A program made the translations under genes and the position numbers. A stretch of DNA of 64,000 bases, from the NCBI RefSeq assembly GCF_006345805.1, contig NC_043001.1:65720001-65784000 (forward strand). Reading direction: 5' to 3'. Numbering within the stretch: the first letter of the stretch is position 1; each line of letters opens with the position of its first letter. Source of the stretch: Octopus sinensis (taxonomy: Eukaryota). A model generated the notes under the pieces. The model saw nothing but the letters and a program-made list of their open reading frames with translations. It did no database searches and was not told the origin of the DNA. This document shows positions 1 through 14,071 of this stretch, one piece after another.

Positions 1-529
1 CACATTAAAAACTGCCAACAAATTGAACGGAAATATTAAAATAATGAAATAGCTGATGAATTTCCCTCGAATTAAATCTCTGCCATCAAAACAAGGAAGG
101 CTACATTAGGTGATGTAGTCCCAGATATTTTTTGATACGAGTGGATGGGCGTGACTACAATGCTTTCATTTTGTGATTGCTCAATCAAAATTGAATTGAG
201 ATTAAAAAACAATTCCTTTAGATAAGTGAAAATATGTAATGTAAAAAATATAATAACACAGCTTCATCTACTCAATCTATCGTTGAATTATTGATTGACA
301 TTATCGATAGTGTTAAAATTATTGATTAATTCGAAAGGCAGTGGATAGCAAAATCAGTAGAGTGTTGGACCAAATACCTTAAACTGTTTAGTTAAATCTC
401 AACGGTGTCAAATTTATCTTTCATCCAATAAGGAATGATACTAATTAACTGACTGGGTCGATATAATGGAGAGTTTCCATCCTTTAAAATGTTCTGCATT
501 CGCCTATATTAGAAATCCTAATTACAAAT

Positions 530-690
530 TTCAGGGCAGTGGATTTGCAGAATCGTTAGCGCTTCGGATAAAATACATTGCGATATTTATAACGGCTCTT
601 TCCGTTCTGAGTTCAAATCCTTCCACAGTCAATATTTTCTTTCATTCTTCTGAGGCCAGGAACCAGTCAAGTACTGGAGGCGATTTAATC
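530..690 (+). mobile_element. Degenerate SINE (family 2)
   Basis: GCAGAATCGTTAGC...CGTTCTGAGTTCAAAT...AAGTACTGG...GATTTAATC aligns by eye with the copy at 59287-59500. Confidence 0.55.
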
Positions 691-869
691 AAACTCTTCT
701 CCCAAATTTGTGCTCTTTTGCGTATTATAGAGACTATCATGGCCACTTGAATAATTTATTAACTCTAGTAGAACAGTAGAATCCCAGAAAACTAGTGATA
801 TTGGTAGACGTGGGACCAATCCTAACGCCTAAGTAAACTGCTGCTGAAAACCGCATACATCTACTTAGT

Positions 870-1640
870 ATCGACTAGCACGCACCTTTTCCAATCCACA
901 AAAGCTCGAATTGTTGCGTCTCCGCCGCCCGGGCCCGTTGAACAGCTTTTGCTCCTTCATGCTTTAGAGCATGCTCGCTAGCTCTGACAACGCAGTCTTC
1001 GTGCTTGGCGTTGAAGAATTGGTTCAAGGTCAACCTCGCTCCAAGCACGTCAGTCGCAAAGCTTTTGCTAAGTGTCTCTTCAAGGCTACTAACTAGTTCA
1101 CTCTCTACTCTAGCATTATCTATCACCATTTCCTTACCAAATCATATATATTCTAGCCTAATGGCTCTTTTCAGAGTTAACCACTATCAATTGTTGATGA
1201 CTGCCTCCATCAATTCTCTCTTCACTAGTTCTTTAATCTGGTCCCTGTAAACCTGGCGCGCCGGGAAAGATGCGTCCAGTTTCCAGTAACCGCCTCCCTA
1301 TCTATGCAGCATATCTAGTCCTACTGTACTGATCACAAATTTGTGGGCTCTTGAATTTTGGACAACGTGTGCTACCATGTCTACTGGTCTACAGAATATT
1401 CTGTCTAGTTACGATCTGCATAACCGAATGTTGTTTGCTCGTGGCTACATTGGTGCATAAGGGAAAGTCATTCGGTACTTTTTAGCCAGTAGGAAACAAG
1501 TGTGCAAGTTTACGAGGCTTTTTTACCCTGTCTCTCATCGGCTAGTCCCACACAACCCAGATGTGCATGCAAGACAGTATATCAGTTGACCACTAGCACT
1601 AAAAAGCAGGATGTTCCAAGGAAAACCTCCAAGCACTTAA
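870..1640 (-). mobile_element. Degraded L1/Tx1-clade LINE ORF2 fragment (C-terminal APE endonuclease and linker)
   Basis: Manual minus-strand translation gives V-V-N-*-Y-T-V-L-H (GDWN-like), S-*-L-D-R-I-F-C-R (SYLDRI-like), AHKFV (SDHK-like) and GGYWKLDASF...LKRAIR (the WKLNxSLL linker of L1/Tx1). Many stops. Confidence 0.6.
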
Positions 1641-1984
1641 AGAAATGCACCTGGAAATAAATCGAGGAGCACTAATCGACTAAGAATACCAACTTATCGT
1701 CCAGGTCCAGTTCGAAGCGTTTCCGGAACAACATCACTATCCTTTCCTCAGGCTGGGTGAAGTAGTGGATGCGAAAATCTCAAAATTGGCTAAAATTGGT
1801 GCTAAGGCGCGCGTATCGGAAATTCTGGTCTTCATGACGGGTATCAACATTCAAACTTAGTGACCTGAAGTTATCAAGCAGACGACCCTGCTTCCAGGTT
1901 GACCCCAGACCAAGTGCATTTATGATACTCCCTCTTTAGATTGCCATGTTGGTTGGAAAGAAGGGAAGAAAGAGAAGAGTTAAT

Positions 1985-2235
1985 CTCCTTAATGTTTTTC
2001 GGCTTCGTGGAAATAAACTCCCGCGCAGTCGCAGTGATTTGGTATGGCGCTGAAATTCTGAGGTGGACAGAGGATAAGCTAAAGGAGTTGGAATACAAGA
2101 AATCTCATAGCAATGCATGGAACTCATCATCCACATGCAGTCACTAATCGCTTATACATGAAGAGTGCACATGGGGGAAGAGGACTGATAAGCATGGTAG
2201 ACTGCGTGCATATCGAAATTGGGAACCTATTGGTG
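1985..2235 (+). mobile_element. Old R4/Dong-clade RT thumb fragment
   Basis: NSRAVAVIWYGAEILRWTEDKLKELE followed, after a frameshift, by HGTHHPHAVTNRLYMKSAHGGRGLIS. Matches the AINxxAVP..Y...W...LD......HP....RLY.....GGRGL pattern of RLE-type RTs. Confidence 0.65.
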
Positions 2236-4687
2236 TATCTATCCCAATGTGAGGAAACCTTGCTCGGGGCAGTTAGTGATGAGGTTAGATAAAAACCTAG
2301 GAAAAAGTGGTGTTGGTAGTGGAAGATAAGGTGAACCCACAGATAATTTATAATTGATGTTGCGTGTTTTGGCGATGAAGTTTTTAAATTTTTCCCCATC
2401 TGTCTGGATTTCATCTTTATTATGTTTTTCTACGTAGTTTATTTACTCCTTAAACAGTAGGTAAGTGAATGTCAGCATATTTTATAAGGTGTCCATTAAA
2501 AAATTTAAAAATAAAATTATGAAATGTGCAGTGAGAAAACAAAAGATACCAAACAATGACTAATATTGCTTAATAAATATTCCTGAGCTACATGTTCCTG
2601 TTTACTGAAGCATCCTCAGTGGAAGTGAAACCTCGTTGTAACTCACTGATAGACATGCGAACTAATCGCTAAATAATAGAATTGTACACCTGTTGAATTA
2701 GAAAATTAAATAATTGTATCAATCGCGTAGTGTACTTCTGACTTAAACACGTGTCCAGATAAAATTTTTAGAAGCATTTGTGATTGCTATTGTCATCATG
2801 AAGGATTGAGAAAATTAAATAACAGAAGAGAAACTTAATTCACTTAAACAAGAGGAAAGCATTTGTACAAAAGCACTTGTACAATTGAGGTTTAACATTT
2901 GATCTTTGATAACAAGATACATTTCAACTTACTAGCATTTGTTAATTCCTGCAAAGTCTAAGGAACTCACTTGATGTTCGATTCTGTAATGGTTCTTGTT
3001 CACCGTAGAGATGCGTTGACACGAGACTTTGGTTTTTTGTGGTGTGGCAGTGTGATCGGTTGACTAGATTGTAGTTTGTGACATTTTACTTAATCCGGAA
3101 GAATGAGACAATGTTGACAATTCAAGGTTTGATCTTAGAAATTACAGAGGCGGAAATAATATTGAAAACCCCGCAGGTTACCATTCCTAGCGTTGCCCCG
3201 GCTTTTATCTTTGTTCACCATAATGGACCTCGATACGAGTTAGAATCTATTTTTATACCAGACTGATTCATAATAGTTCCGATTTAACTGATTTCCTACA
3301 TTGCTAGCTTATATCTTTCCCCCAGTCCTTCCGTCTGTTTTCTTTTTCCCTCTCTCTTCCTCTCTAATTACCCTTCAGAACCATCTGTTTAACCTCTATG
3401 TACAGGACATTAGATGATGAATGTGTCTGAAGGAGATGAATTCCCTCTTCCGTTAGGTCGGTATCCCAATCGTGAAAATCTTATTTCGAGGATTCCGATC
3501 CATTTGATGAAACCTGATTTCTGTTTTAAAGCCATTTTAGCCAATTGATCAGATATCGACGTGATGTAGTAGCGTCTTCATTATTATTGTTATTGTTATT
3601 GTTGTTTAACTCAAGGTCAGCTGACCTTTAATTAAAGTTATTTTTGCTATAACCAGCCTATGTTTTCTAGGGCTAGATTATTGAATGCGTCTAATAATTT
3701 TAAGTTAATAAAGTATGATTTGAAGGAGATTAGATTGCTATTTCTAGTAGATCATACTAGATTATCTACATTGGTGTTCGTTGTTATTTACGGCTCTGCT
3801 CCAACCGGTTAAAATGCCATTCATAACTTTGTATTGTGGGCGTTATCTGTCTTTGCTAGTTGTTATTTATTTTATTGATCTTTTTGCTTCTAAGTGACTA
3901 GTGAAAAATATATCGTAACTTTTCTCAATGTAGAAAAACTTTACAAGGAAAACTGACCCCGTTTATCCGGTTCAGTCAAATACATATCACGCACATATTC
4001 CAAAATATCACTAACTGGCTTGCTAAACTATACTGAATTAATCTGTATGATTGATACGTTTGAGTAACTGAGAATGCTATGGTGACTAAGCTCACTTTAT
4101 CCGTTCTATTCTGACACCTGCCATTATAAAAGACAACAAACTATTAGAGTATAACAGTCATGGCAGTCATGGAAAATCCTACAGGATTAAATATGAACAA
4201 CTGGTCATAGTCGGGCTCACAGACTATAACTGTTCCCCCACATTGTTGATCGGGTGTCTAAGTGTGAGTGAATACATACGTACGTACATACATACATACA
4301 TACATACATATATACATACATACATGCACACACATACACACACACATATATATATAACTACATATACATATGACAAATGAAAGACGGAAGACGGAATATA
4401 GAAGAATTTAATATTAATCACGACAATTGTTTTGCCACATCTGGAATCGATCCTTCATGGGCGAAACATTCAACAACTGGCTCAGGAGCACCCGGCGGTG
4501 CAGATGTATCTCGTCGGGTGATAAATAAATGCAACTCGTTAGAATAACAGTTCCGCAATGTAACTGTTCGTTTTGTAGAAAGAAGAGCGGCCAGACGGAG
4601 GAAATATCTTCATTTATATAGATCAAAAATAAAATCACAGATGGAAAAATGAGAAACGAACACGCAATCCAGCGACAAAAGTATTAA

Positions 4688-4762
<75 letters not shown>

Positions 4763-4764
<2 letters not shown>

Positions 4765-5056
4765 TAGCAGAAAGACTACCCTCCGGGCGGTTTTCTGCTA
4801 TCCCCTTCATAATATTTTCACATTTGATTCCCAGTTCTAATAATTTTTATATTTTACGTCTAATTATTTCTTTCTATAATAGTGCTCATTTGCTTAGTAA
4901 ATATTGCTTTCATTATTTTATCAGTCATAATCTCTCTTTTTGAAACAAACGCCATGGTAGTCCAACAACAGAGGGATAAGCAGTTTGACAAGTTTTACCT
5001 TATCCTCAAAGCAACATAGAGATTTCTTATTCAACAGCCCATCTGAGAGCTCTGCA

Positions 5057-5098
<42 letters not shown>

Positions 5099-5980
5099 GA
5101 GTGGAGGGAGAGAACATTGCAAACAATGATTGAAATAAACATAAAATGAAAAAATCGTATAAATAAAAGGGCGTTACAACAGATGTATACGCCCCGACTT
5201 TGTTGCCTCATAGCATCCAGAAAAATAGATACTTTTCTAGAAAATGTTGTACAAATACCGCTTAAAACGTTGTGGCTTCAGAGTATAAAGAGATTTATGG
5301 GAAATACATTTTCCGATGGGATGGAGAGAGGAGTTTCGGAAATTTCACATTATCTGACTTTTTTCCCTAATGACTTTCAGGAAAATGACTATCTTTTAAT
5401 GAAAGTTTAGACAAATCGCTTCCAAACGGCATAGATTACGATTATAAAGAAATTTGTGGGGAAAATTTTTTCGGGGATTTTCCCCATTTTTTTTAAACCA
5501 CAGTCTTCGAAATGATGGGGAGGGGGCATCTATGTATGAAAAAAGGTTTTCAAAACTCTTTTTTTATACCCCCCCTCTCTCATCATCCCACTCTGGACCT
5601 ATTTTGGCCAATTTTTTTTTGTACTTCAAAACCATGAGAAGAGCATTTTAGATAAAAAAAAAATTGTTAATATTTTCAGAGGGAAAAGTGAGTGATTTAA
5701 GGGCGGTGTTGCTGTTGTTTCTAGCACATCCAAAGACAAACCTCCTCGTTTCATTCTCCCTCTCCCATGTATTGATATTTTTCAATATTTCCCCTCATAA
5801 ATACATTTATATGCTATAAAAAAAGAAAATTTGAGAAATTATGAAATTTTGCAACCCCACTCCCTGCCCCCGATTGTTTCTGTATAGAATTAAAAATATT
5901 GTAGATCCTGAGAAAGTCATTGCTGGCATTTTATCCATAGTGATTAAAAAATATTACGCAAACGATAATTCATTTTAATA
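4763..5980 (+). mobile_element. Helentron-associated non-autonomous element (HINE/DINE-like)
   Basis: Begins ACTAGCAGAAAGACTACCCTCCGGGCGGTTTTCTGCTA (ACTAGC start plus hairpin) directly after (TA)n and has an internal (AG)n. The 3' limit is approximate. Confidence 0.4.
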
Positions 5981-6008
5981 GCATATTTTTCTGTTAGAAA
6001 ATGTTTTT

Positions 6009-6039
<31 letters not shown>

Positions 6040-6189
6040 CGGCTTCACTCGATTGAGGTGGGGTAAAAATTTAGATTACAATTTATTTTGTTGCCTATAG
6101 TCCGCCAGTGGACCACGCGTGTGTTACTTCGACATCATGATTCTGTAAAATGTGTTTAACGGGAGAAAAGTATTTAAAAAAATCAGGCG

Positions 6190-6580
6190 TAGTTCTGGGT
6201 TCAGTCTCACTGCGTGGAACATTGGGCAAGTGTCTTCTACTATAGCCTCGGGCCGACCAAAGCCTTGTGAGTGGATTTGGTAGACGGAAACTGAAAGAAG
6301 CCCGTCGCATCTATCTATCTATATATTTATATATATATTTGTGTGTGTGTGTGTATGTGTGTGTGTGTGTGTGTATACGTTTGTGTGTCTGTGTTTGTCC
6401 CCCCAAGATCGCTTGAGAACCGATGCTGGTGTGTTTACGTCCCCGTAACTTAGCGGTTCGGCATAAGATGGCGATAGAATAAGTACTAAGCTTACAAAAA
6501 ATAAGTCCTGGGTCGATTTGCTCGACTAAAGGCGGTGCTTCAGCATGGTCACAGTCAAAAGACTGAACAGTAAAAGAGAA
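6190..6580 (+). mobile_element. tRNA-derived SINE family 1 (5'-truncated)
   Basis: B-box-like GGTTCAGTCTC, body CACTGCGTGG..CTTGTGAGTGGATTTGGTAGACGGAAACTGAAAGAAG, internal (TA)/(TG)n, and a 3' tail GGCGGTGCTTCAGCATGG. Homologous to 15249, 30268 and 46378. Confidence 0.85.
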
Positions 6581-9500
6581 AATACACGTGAGAGTGAAAA
6601 GGGAGGGTGGCTTGGGTTGTGCTTGAAAGAACAGCGAAACCTGACTTGAATTGTTCACCTTTTCCTCTGAAAATATTTACAATTTGCTTTGTATGTTCTG
6701 GTTTTTTTTTTTACCGAAAAGGCTCCTTACATGGTTTTAAAGAAAATGGCTAAAATCGATCCGGATTGTTATTGAGAGGCTTATAGCGTTCTAAACAGCC
6801 ATAACAATGAAATTGATAATGAAATAGAATCAATCATTGTTAAGTCTCGATAATGGCTGGGTTTGGAAGTGAGAAAGAGATCAAAGATATTTGTTTAATC
6901 AATAAGTCGATTGGTGAATATTTCAGCTGTTCGCGGTTAAACTGGTAGAAGAGTAAGAACAACATCAATACTTTTGACTAGATTGGAAAAGGTGAAACGT
7001 TTGATAAACGTAGGAAATAGAATTTTCTACAAGAGCAGCTGAAATTCATTATTGGTGACATGCCCGAGAGGATACTACGTGACAAGACATTCCATTGTTT
7101 TGGTCGGGGGAAAGAGAATGTTAGTTTAGGTTGTTGTTGTTGTTGTTTAGCTCCAGGTCAACCTTGTTCGAGCAGAACCATGATCAAAATGTTCACATTT
7201 TTTATATCCAGGAGTATATTCTCTGTGTCCCGCTTTTTGTGAAGTGCGAGAGAAATTTAAGAGAGATTTAGTTGCGGGAAGTGAAAATTCCTAAACAATT
7301 GACCCGTGTTTGCAAATCCATGTCTGCAAGGTTTAATTTAGTTATCTACAGGAAGGTGAGGGGCAAGATTCATATTGGAGGAGGGTGCCATTGGAGCCAT
7401 CACTGTTATACGACAGGGCCTGGCAGGGAGCAATTGACCATAAAGAATCTCAGTTAAAGTTGAGTTTGATCGTGAGAGAGGAAGGTCGTGAGAATAATGA
7501 ATATAAAAATATGAGATTAGATTCCAGTAAAAATAGAAGTAGAACAACAGAATACAGGATAATAGGCTACTTAAAAGAAAAGTTGAATAAGAGAAACCAG
7601 ATAATATGCTAGTTAACAAAACAGTAACACGAAACTTCACCTCAAAGTTAAGCTCCCCGACTGAGTTCTACAAGTAGTTTTCCCTGTTACCCATGACAAG
7701 TAGTACAATTCCTCCCTGAGTAACGGTATAAGAAGTAATCAGCATCCCCAAAAGTTATCTGAATATTTACAAATGAGTGAATTCTCCTAAAATCATCCAT
7801 GGACCTTTGTTTGTTGACAGGAACTTTTCAAATACTGTAGATCTAGAAATTTTGTGGAATAAAGAAGTCACCTATGCCTGCAAAGGTTATTGCTATAACG
7901 GTAAAGCATGGATATATTCCCAATAATATTCATTACTTTAATGTTATAGTTGAGAGAAAACAAATATTATGAATGGACACTCCCACACAAACATACATGC
8001 ATGTTCACATACATTTACACACATAAACACACAATGTATGTATATATTATAGCTAATATCCATCTATCGAATTGAATGTATCTGTCTAAAATGGAACCTG
8101 ATGCCAACGAAATAGTGAACCAGAGACCGTAAAATGAGAGGAGGAACAGGTACTTGCATGGGTACGATTAACACAAGAGGTTGAATGAGATAAAATTCTC
8201 TGAAAAAATGACTGATATTTCTCTGAAAGAGAAAGAATGTTTGAGTCTCGTGAGTTGGTATGTTATTGCTCTCGCCTTTGAAAATACCAATAAAACAATA
8301 GAGCTACACAGAACATTACAGTTATTGTTGTAGTTGACATATTTTATTGCTTCATATCTATGACCATGTGTTTGGCAAGCTCTCGTGATCTCTTTAAAAC
8401 ACCAGAAAATATCATTTACAGAATTTCACCGACGAATTTGTAGATATGTTGAAATGCTATCATATTTATAATCACTTTTCCCGGAAATACCAACATTAAT
8501 AAAATCATTAATTAAGCTCTTTACACATTACTTCTAATTGACAATGCAGAACTTTAACCGCGTATGTCAGAATATAAATTGTGTTGTAGTTGTTACATGT
8601 TCTGTTTACAACGGAAAGACAGAGGCATTTATTAATCAACCTTCTTTAACAAACTTTGAAGTTTCTTCGTTTCATATTCACAATCTGAGTTTATAATTTT
8701 TATTTTCCTCCTTTTGTATATCTAACCTAAAAGCGTTAGAGCATCGGACAAAATACATAATACTTTATCCTTATGTTCCGAATTCAAATCCCACTGAGGT
8801 TAACTTTACTTTTCATACTCCCGGAATAAATGACATAATTCTCAGATATGTACGCAGGACAATGTAACCCATATTGGAGTTTCCAGACATTAAAAAAAAA
8901 AAAAACTACTGAGAATCCTAAGCAAATCGCATAAAGATGGAGGAGAGGTTAAACTCCAACGATCACTAGTGAAGAGCAACAGAAATTTCTGCCGAGATCC
9001 CAGATATTGATAATTTGGAAAGCTATAGTGATTGTACAATACCATATTAATGCTATAGTGATTGTACAATACCATATTAATGCTATATTCAAAATAGTGT
9101 GGGTGGAGAACCCCTCAGGGTGTCCGACGTAGAAGATACGTAAAACATCATACATGAAAAATCTATTTTAAGAATTTAAGAACACAAAGAATTTTATATT
9201 CACTTTTTTAAGAGCCAAAGCAACGACTTTGAGAAATAAGTTGCACCAATGAGTGATGAGTAGCATCTATAAGCAATGAGTGGCCTTTATCTCAGTGTCA
9301 GTTGCATAACATAAACTGCCAACACCTCAGCTGCTGGTGCAACATATTAATTTGGGTTATGTTGAAACTCGGTTGTGTCTTGCTCTCACTGACCAAAATC
9401 TGACCTCGAGATGTTGAAACTGTACAGGAGTTACAAATTTGTAGCAGAAGAATTTGTAGATAGAAGCAAGATTCAAAATTTTAAAAAGAATTGGCAATTC

Positions 9501-10070
9501 GTAAAGGTCATGCTTTTTCTAAGTTTAAAGTATTATGGCTACAAGCAGTGTTCAAAGCCGATTCTTACAGCCAGTTTGCCCGAAGTTTAAAAACAGTCAA
9601 TATCGCTACCCGTGAGTTGTATTAGGAATTCAAATAGTAGGAATAATAAGTGGAATACCTCACTTATTGAGGTGGAAGACTTTCGACGTAAATTTTCTGT
9701 TTCAAATCTCACTACACGTGTTTGATATTAACGTTTCAAATTCCTTGCGACTCTTCTTAAAACGAAAAGAGCCACCAAACCTTTCTCAGCAAATACATGT
9801 CTCAATAGAAATAATTAAATAACACACCAAAATAAACAAATACTTTGTTAAACATATGTTGAAAATTACGTCTTAAAAAGGCAAGTATTTTCACACATAA
9901 ACTCATTATTAAATATATATTAAAAAAAAAAACTAAGTTAAATACTTATGTATGCTTTCATTTATAACCTCGATTAACATCTTGAAGTGTTTAAAGTATT
10001 CCAAATTAGTAATCATAACAATATGAAGTTATTTGGTTGGAGAGGATTTCTTCGAATGCCGCTTAATTAA

Positions 10071-10072
<2 letters not shown>

Positions 10073-10118
<46 letters not shown>

Positions 10119-10130
10119 CAGCAGCAGCAG
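10073..10130. repeat. (AGT)n/(AGC)n microsatellite
   Basis: Seen directly; explains the poly-Ser ORF 10033-10326. Confidence 0.95.
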
Positions 10131-10786
10131 CAGCAGCACTAGTAGTAGCTTTCACACACACTCACACACATACACGCACGCACGCACACACACAAACCTC
10201 AAACTGAAGTATTTCTCAATTTCTCAATTGTCATCTGGGAATCACAACGATTTCAACACTGCCTTAGCACGTCGCTCCCTTCTCAAGAGCTTCTCGGGAA
10301 TGTCTGGGTATTTGGGTTCACCTTAAATCACACTCTTCTCTTCCTGTGTCCCTGCTGTCTATAAACACTCCTATGAATCCCATTAATTCAGTCAACCAAT
10401 TAAACGATTTTATGTATTCCAAATACCACATACACACACGTGCGCATAGATAGATATATAGACACATGAATGAATAATCACATTTATACAAGTCAATATG
10501 ATTGATGTCATGTTAAGAAAATGGTCGCATAACTTCGTCAGGGTCCGGTGGTTTCAAAAGAACTGACAATATACATACATACATACATACATACATACAT
10601 ACATACATAAAAACATACATACAGACAGACAGACGGATAGATAGACAGACAGAAAGACAGACAGTCAGATAGACTGACTGACAGACACAGATAGACAGAT
10701 AAATAGATTGATTGATACATACATACAAAAATGCATGCATGCATACATACACACACACACATACATACATACATACATACATACAT

Positions 10787-10827
<41 letters not shown>

Positions 10828-10829
<2 letters not shown>

Positions 10830-11470
10830 GGGTGTTCAGACTAAATTTAACAACTTTTATGCGTCCCTTTTTCAGGAACAGCTTGCTATATTGGTGAGCA
10901 ATGTAGTTGAGAAAAAAAAAAATCAACTGATATGAATATTGGAAAAGAATTACCCACGTCAAGGTGTTTCGCTCCGGATATCATAATGCCGGCATCATGA
11001 CTTCTACTTAATGCTCTGGGAACACTGGAAAGCCAGAAACTATAAAGCCGTGACAGGAAGGGACACAGCAGGCATATCGACTGCATCTGCATGCCAAAAT
11101 TCATCCAGAAACTGTAGGAACACAGCCTTAGGGTCAATCCAGACAACTATGTGAAGCTGCAGGAGACTTTGGTCAAACCTTTGCTGGAGAGGGTTATTGC
11201 TGAAAGGCAGCAGACTTTACCATCTTTCATTGCTCAAGTAAAGTCTGCCCGGGCTACATTATCTAATGTGTCTTACTTAAAACATAATAGCAAAGTTTGA
11301 CGTGGGAGACTGCGGCATAAAAAAGTTCCTGGCCATGATGGAATGTCTCTAAAGAAAGACGGAATTATAGATAAGTGCATATATTGCATATCTGCCTACG
11401 CACATCCATATTTGTGCAAATAAATCGAGTGTTAGTCTCCATTTAGAATATGTTTCTGTTTCAGACCTTA
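10828..11470 (+). mobile_element. Degraded Tc1/mariner (DD37D/maT-like) transposon relic
   Basis: Starts CAGGGTGTTCAG (TIR-like). Translation EHSLRVNPDNYVKLQETLVKPLLERVIAERQQ resembles the GLRVNxxxYxxxLxxVVKPW..QQD region. The right TIR was not found. Confidence 0.5.
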
Positions 11471-11485
11471 AACTGTAAGAAACTC

Positions 11486-11507
11486 GTGTGTGTGTATGTG
11501 TGCGTGT

Positions 11508-11603
<96 letters not shown>
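11486..11603. repeat. (TG)n microsatellite
   Basis: Seen directly. Confidence 0.95.
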
Positions 11604-11604
<1 letters not shown>

Positions 11605-12422
11605 TACACACATACATACACGTATGTATGTATAAATATATGTATACTTATATATATCCACACACACATATAAAGATATATAAATGCACATATACGGCTA
11701 TCTTCAGTGTTTGGGGTCTGAAGATACGCCGAAAGGCTAAACCCCTTATAAACGATAAACCCAGGGTAATCCCATAAACCAGCCTACCGCACTATAATAT
11801 AAACTGCTCTACATCTTAGAGTGTGCCTCTCCTCCGGATTTATGTATTTCTACAAACGATATATTTATATATAATCATTACTAAACGCAACAAAGGATGA
11901 CAAGATACCTACATTGCTAGAAATAAGTGCTAAAATGCCCTATTGCTGTAGGAAAAGCACATAAATATATACATATATGCTCATCGGGGCTGGAATCTTA
12001 AAACACCGACTCGAGAATTCCTGAGACTGAACGTTCAGTATCAGCCATTTCTGTAGCCTCCTCAGTAAGGATTGCTCTTTCGGCAGATTCCGGGGAAAAT
12101 CTCTATATGTTATTTGCAATAAAAATTTAGGGATGAGTCAATTTAGGGGGTCAGTAATGTGTATAGAAAAGTTACTATAAATAACCGTGTGCGATGTAAG
12201 ACTGTAAAGAAAAGCTATAATCGTCACTAAACGTGACTAAGGGTGTCAAGACACCTACATTGCTAGAAATAAAAGCTAAAATGCCATATCTATAGCAGCC
12301 CTATCTATTGTTACTTATCTATCTGTCTGTCTGTGTGTCTCTCCCTCTGCAACCCTCTCCCCCCTTCTCTCCCCTCCCCTCCCCACCCTCTCTCCCCTCT
12401 TTCCACCCCTCTCTCTATATAC

Positions 12423-12870
12423 ATATATTTGCCAACTAAGTGTGGCGTCTTATACAGGACAGTACTACTGTGGTTTATAGTCCCAGGAAGACATCCCTTC
12501 CAGCTGGCTAACGACATACAGTCTATGTCCGATTAATATTTGCAAGGGGAGTTCATCGCTCCCATCTCTAGCCTTACGTAGTACCAGGGACTTGAGTTTC
12601 TGAGTGGTTACCCGTCCTCAGCGTGTGTTAATCACTTGCTAGTGATGAAAGCGAATCCCACTCGCAAAGTACTATATACTTTTCTAGCGACTGAAGATGC
12701 GTTGATCTCGTAAAAAAGAGAGAGATATTATTTTAAATCTCTGACCGAGATATAAACATTAGCGGTACGGAATCGTAGCACTGTCCTGTATAGGACGCCA
12801 CACTTAGTTGGCAAATATATGTTACGGTTCCGTACCGCTACTGTTTATATCTCGCTCAGAGATTAATATA
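12423..12870. mobile_element. Short fold-back element with 46-bp inverted arms and a conserved tail
   Basis: Arms 12423-12468 and 12775-12820 (ATATATTTGCCAACTAAGTGTGGCGTC...). The tail TTACGGTTCCGTAC...TCTCGCTCAGAGATT also occurs at 39479-39528. Confidence 0.7.
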
Positions 12871-13424
12871 ACACACACACACACACACACACACGTACAC
12901 ACACACACACACACACACGTACACACACACACACGCACATATATAGAGAGATTGATAGATATGCATATATATGTATTTATATTCACCTTTAACAATAGGG
13001 TTAACAGTAACTTCGACGTTTCGGCCTGCTTAGCCTTCATCGGACTGTGGTACAACTGAGTTCATCATCGCATTATATAGTTTCTAGATGGAAAGATTAT
13101 ATGAAAGATTTTTTTACTGATTAAATTTAGAATTGTATCAACAGACCAAATAAGCTTTCCACCTACTTACATTCCTTTTGTTACCTTGCGTACCACAGTT
13201 ACATGAAGGCTAAGTAGGATGAAGCTTCAAAGTTCCCGTCAACGTTATTCTTGTTAAACAATAATGAATATGCATTCTACAAAAAGTATTGAGTAATTCT
13301 TCACTTTAATGTAATTTTTTTATCATACCACGACGTAATAATATTGTGTGTGTGTGTGCATGCGTGTGCGCTTGCTTGCATATAAGACATGTATATGTGT
13401 GCGTGTATGTATGTATTTAAAAGT

Positions 13425-13581
13425 TTGTTTCTGAGTGGTTACCCGTCCTCAGCGTGTGTTAATCACTTGCTAGTGATGAAAGCGCATCCCACTCGCAAAG
13501 TACTATATACTTTTCTAGCGACTGAAGATGCGTTGATCTCGTAAAAGAGAGAGAGATATTATTTTAAATCTCTGACCGAGA
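13425..13581 (+). repeat. Near-identical direct duplicate of 12596-12748
   Basis: GTTTCTGAGTGGTTACCCGTCCTCAG...AAATCTCTGACCGAG occurs twice with about 2 differences. Confidence 0.9.
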
Positions 13582-13839
13582 GTCAAAGGCCGGTAAGTTT
13601 ATATATATATATAAAGTACATAGCTTTATATGCGACTCGTCATATTTAGTTGGCCGGAGGAACCAACCCTCTGTACCCGAGTCTCACGAGCCGAGGGGCC
13701 TATACAGCTAAGCCGAGCTGCCTAAGCGCTTTAAAGGTGCGAAAGCAATTGTCATTCTGTCACCGGCGATAACAAACAACTGCTCTAACGTTTTAGAGTG
13801 TGCTTCTTTCCGGATACATGAACTACTGACCGAATTTAA

Positions 13840-13881
<42 letters not shown>

Positions 13882-13965
13882 TTAGCAGAAATAACAGAAT
13901 AACTCAACGTTCGAGAGTTTCCTGCGTTGGCTCTTATCAAACTCGTTACAAGTCGAAGGCCGGTA

Positions 13966-14071
<106 letters not shown>

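Noticed and set aside
9022-9086. 30-bp tandem duplication (also the 64-bp one at 19527-19650)
   Set aside because: Simple local slippage with no further structure.
11713-11745. GGGGU-CUGAAGA-UACGCC-GAAA-GGC-UA-AACCCC as a hammerhead
   Set aside because: Stem II is unpaired, stem I is out of register, and a competing GCC-GAAA-GGC hairpin and TATCTTCAG/CTGAAGATA pairing are more likely.
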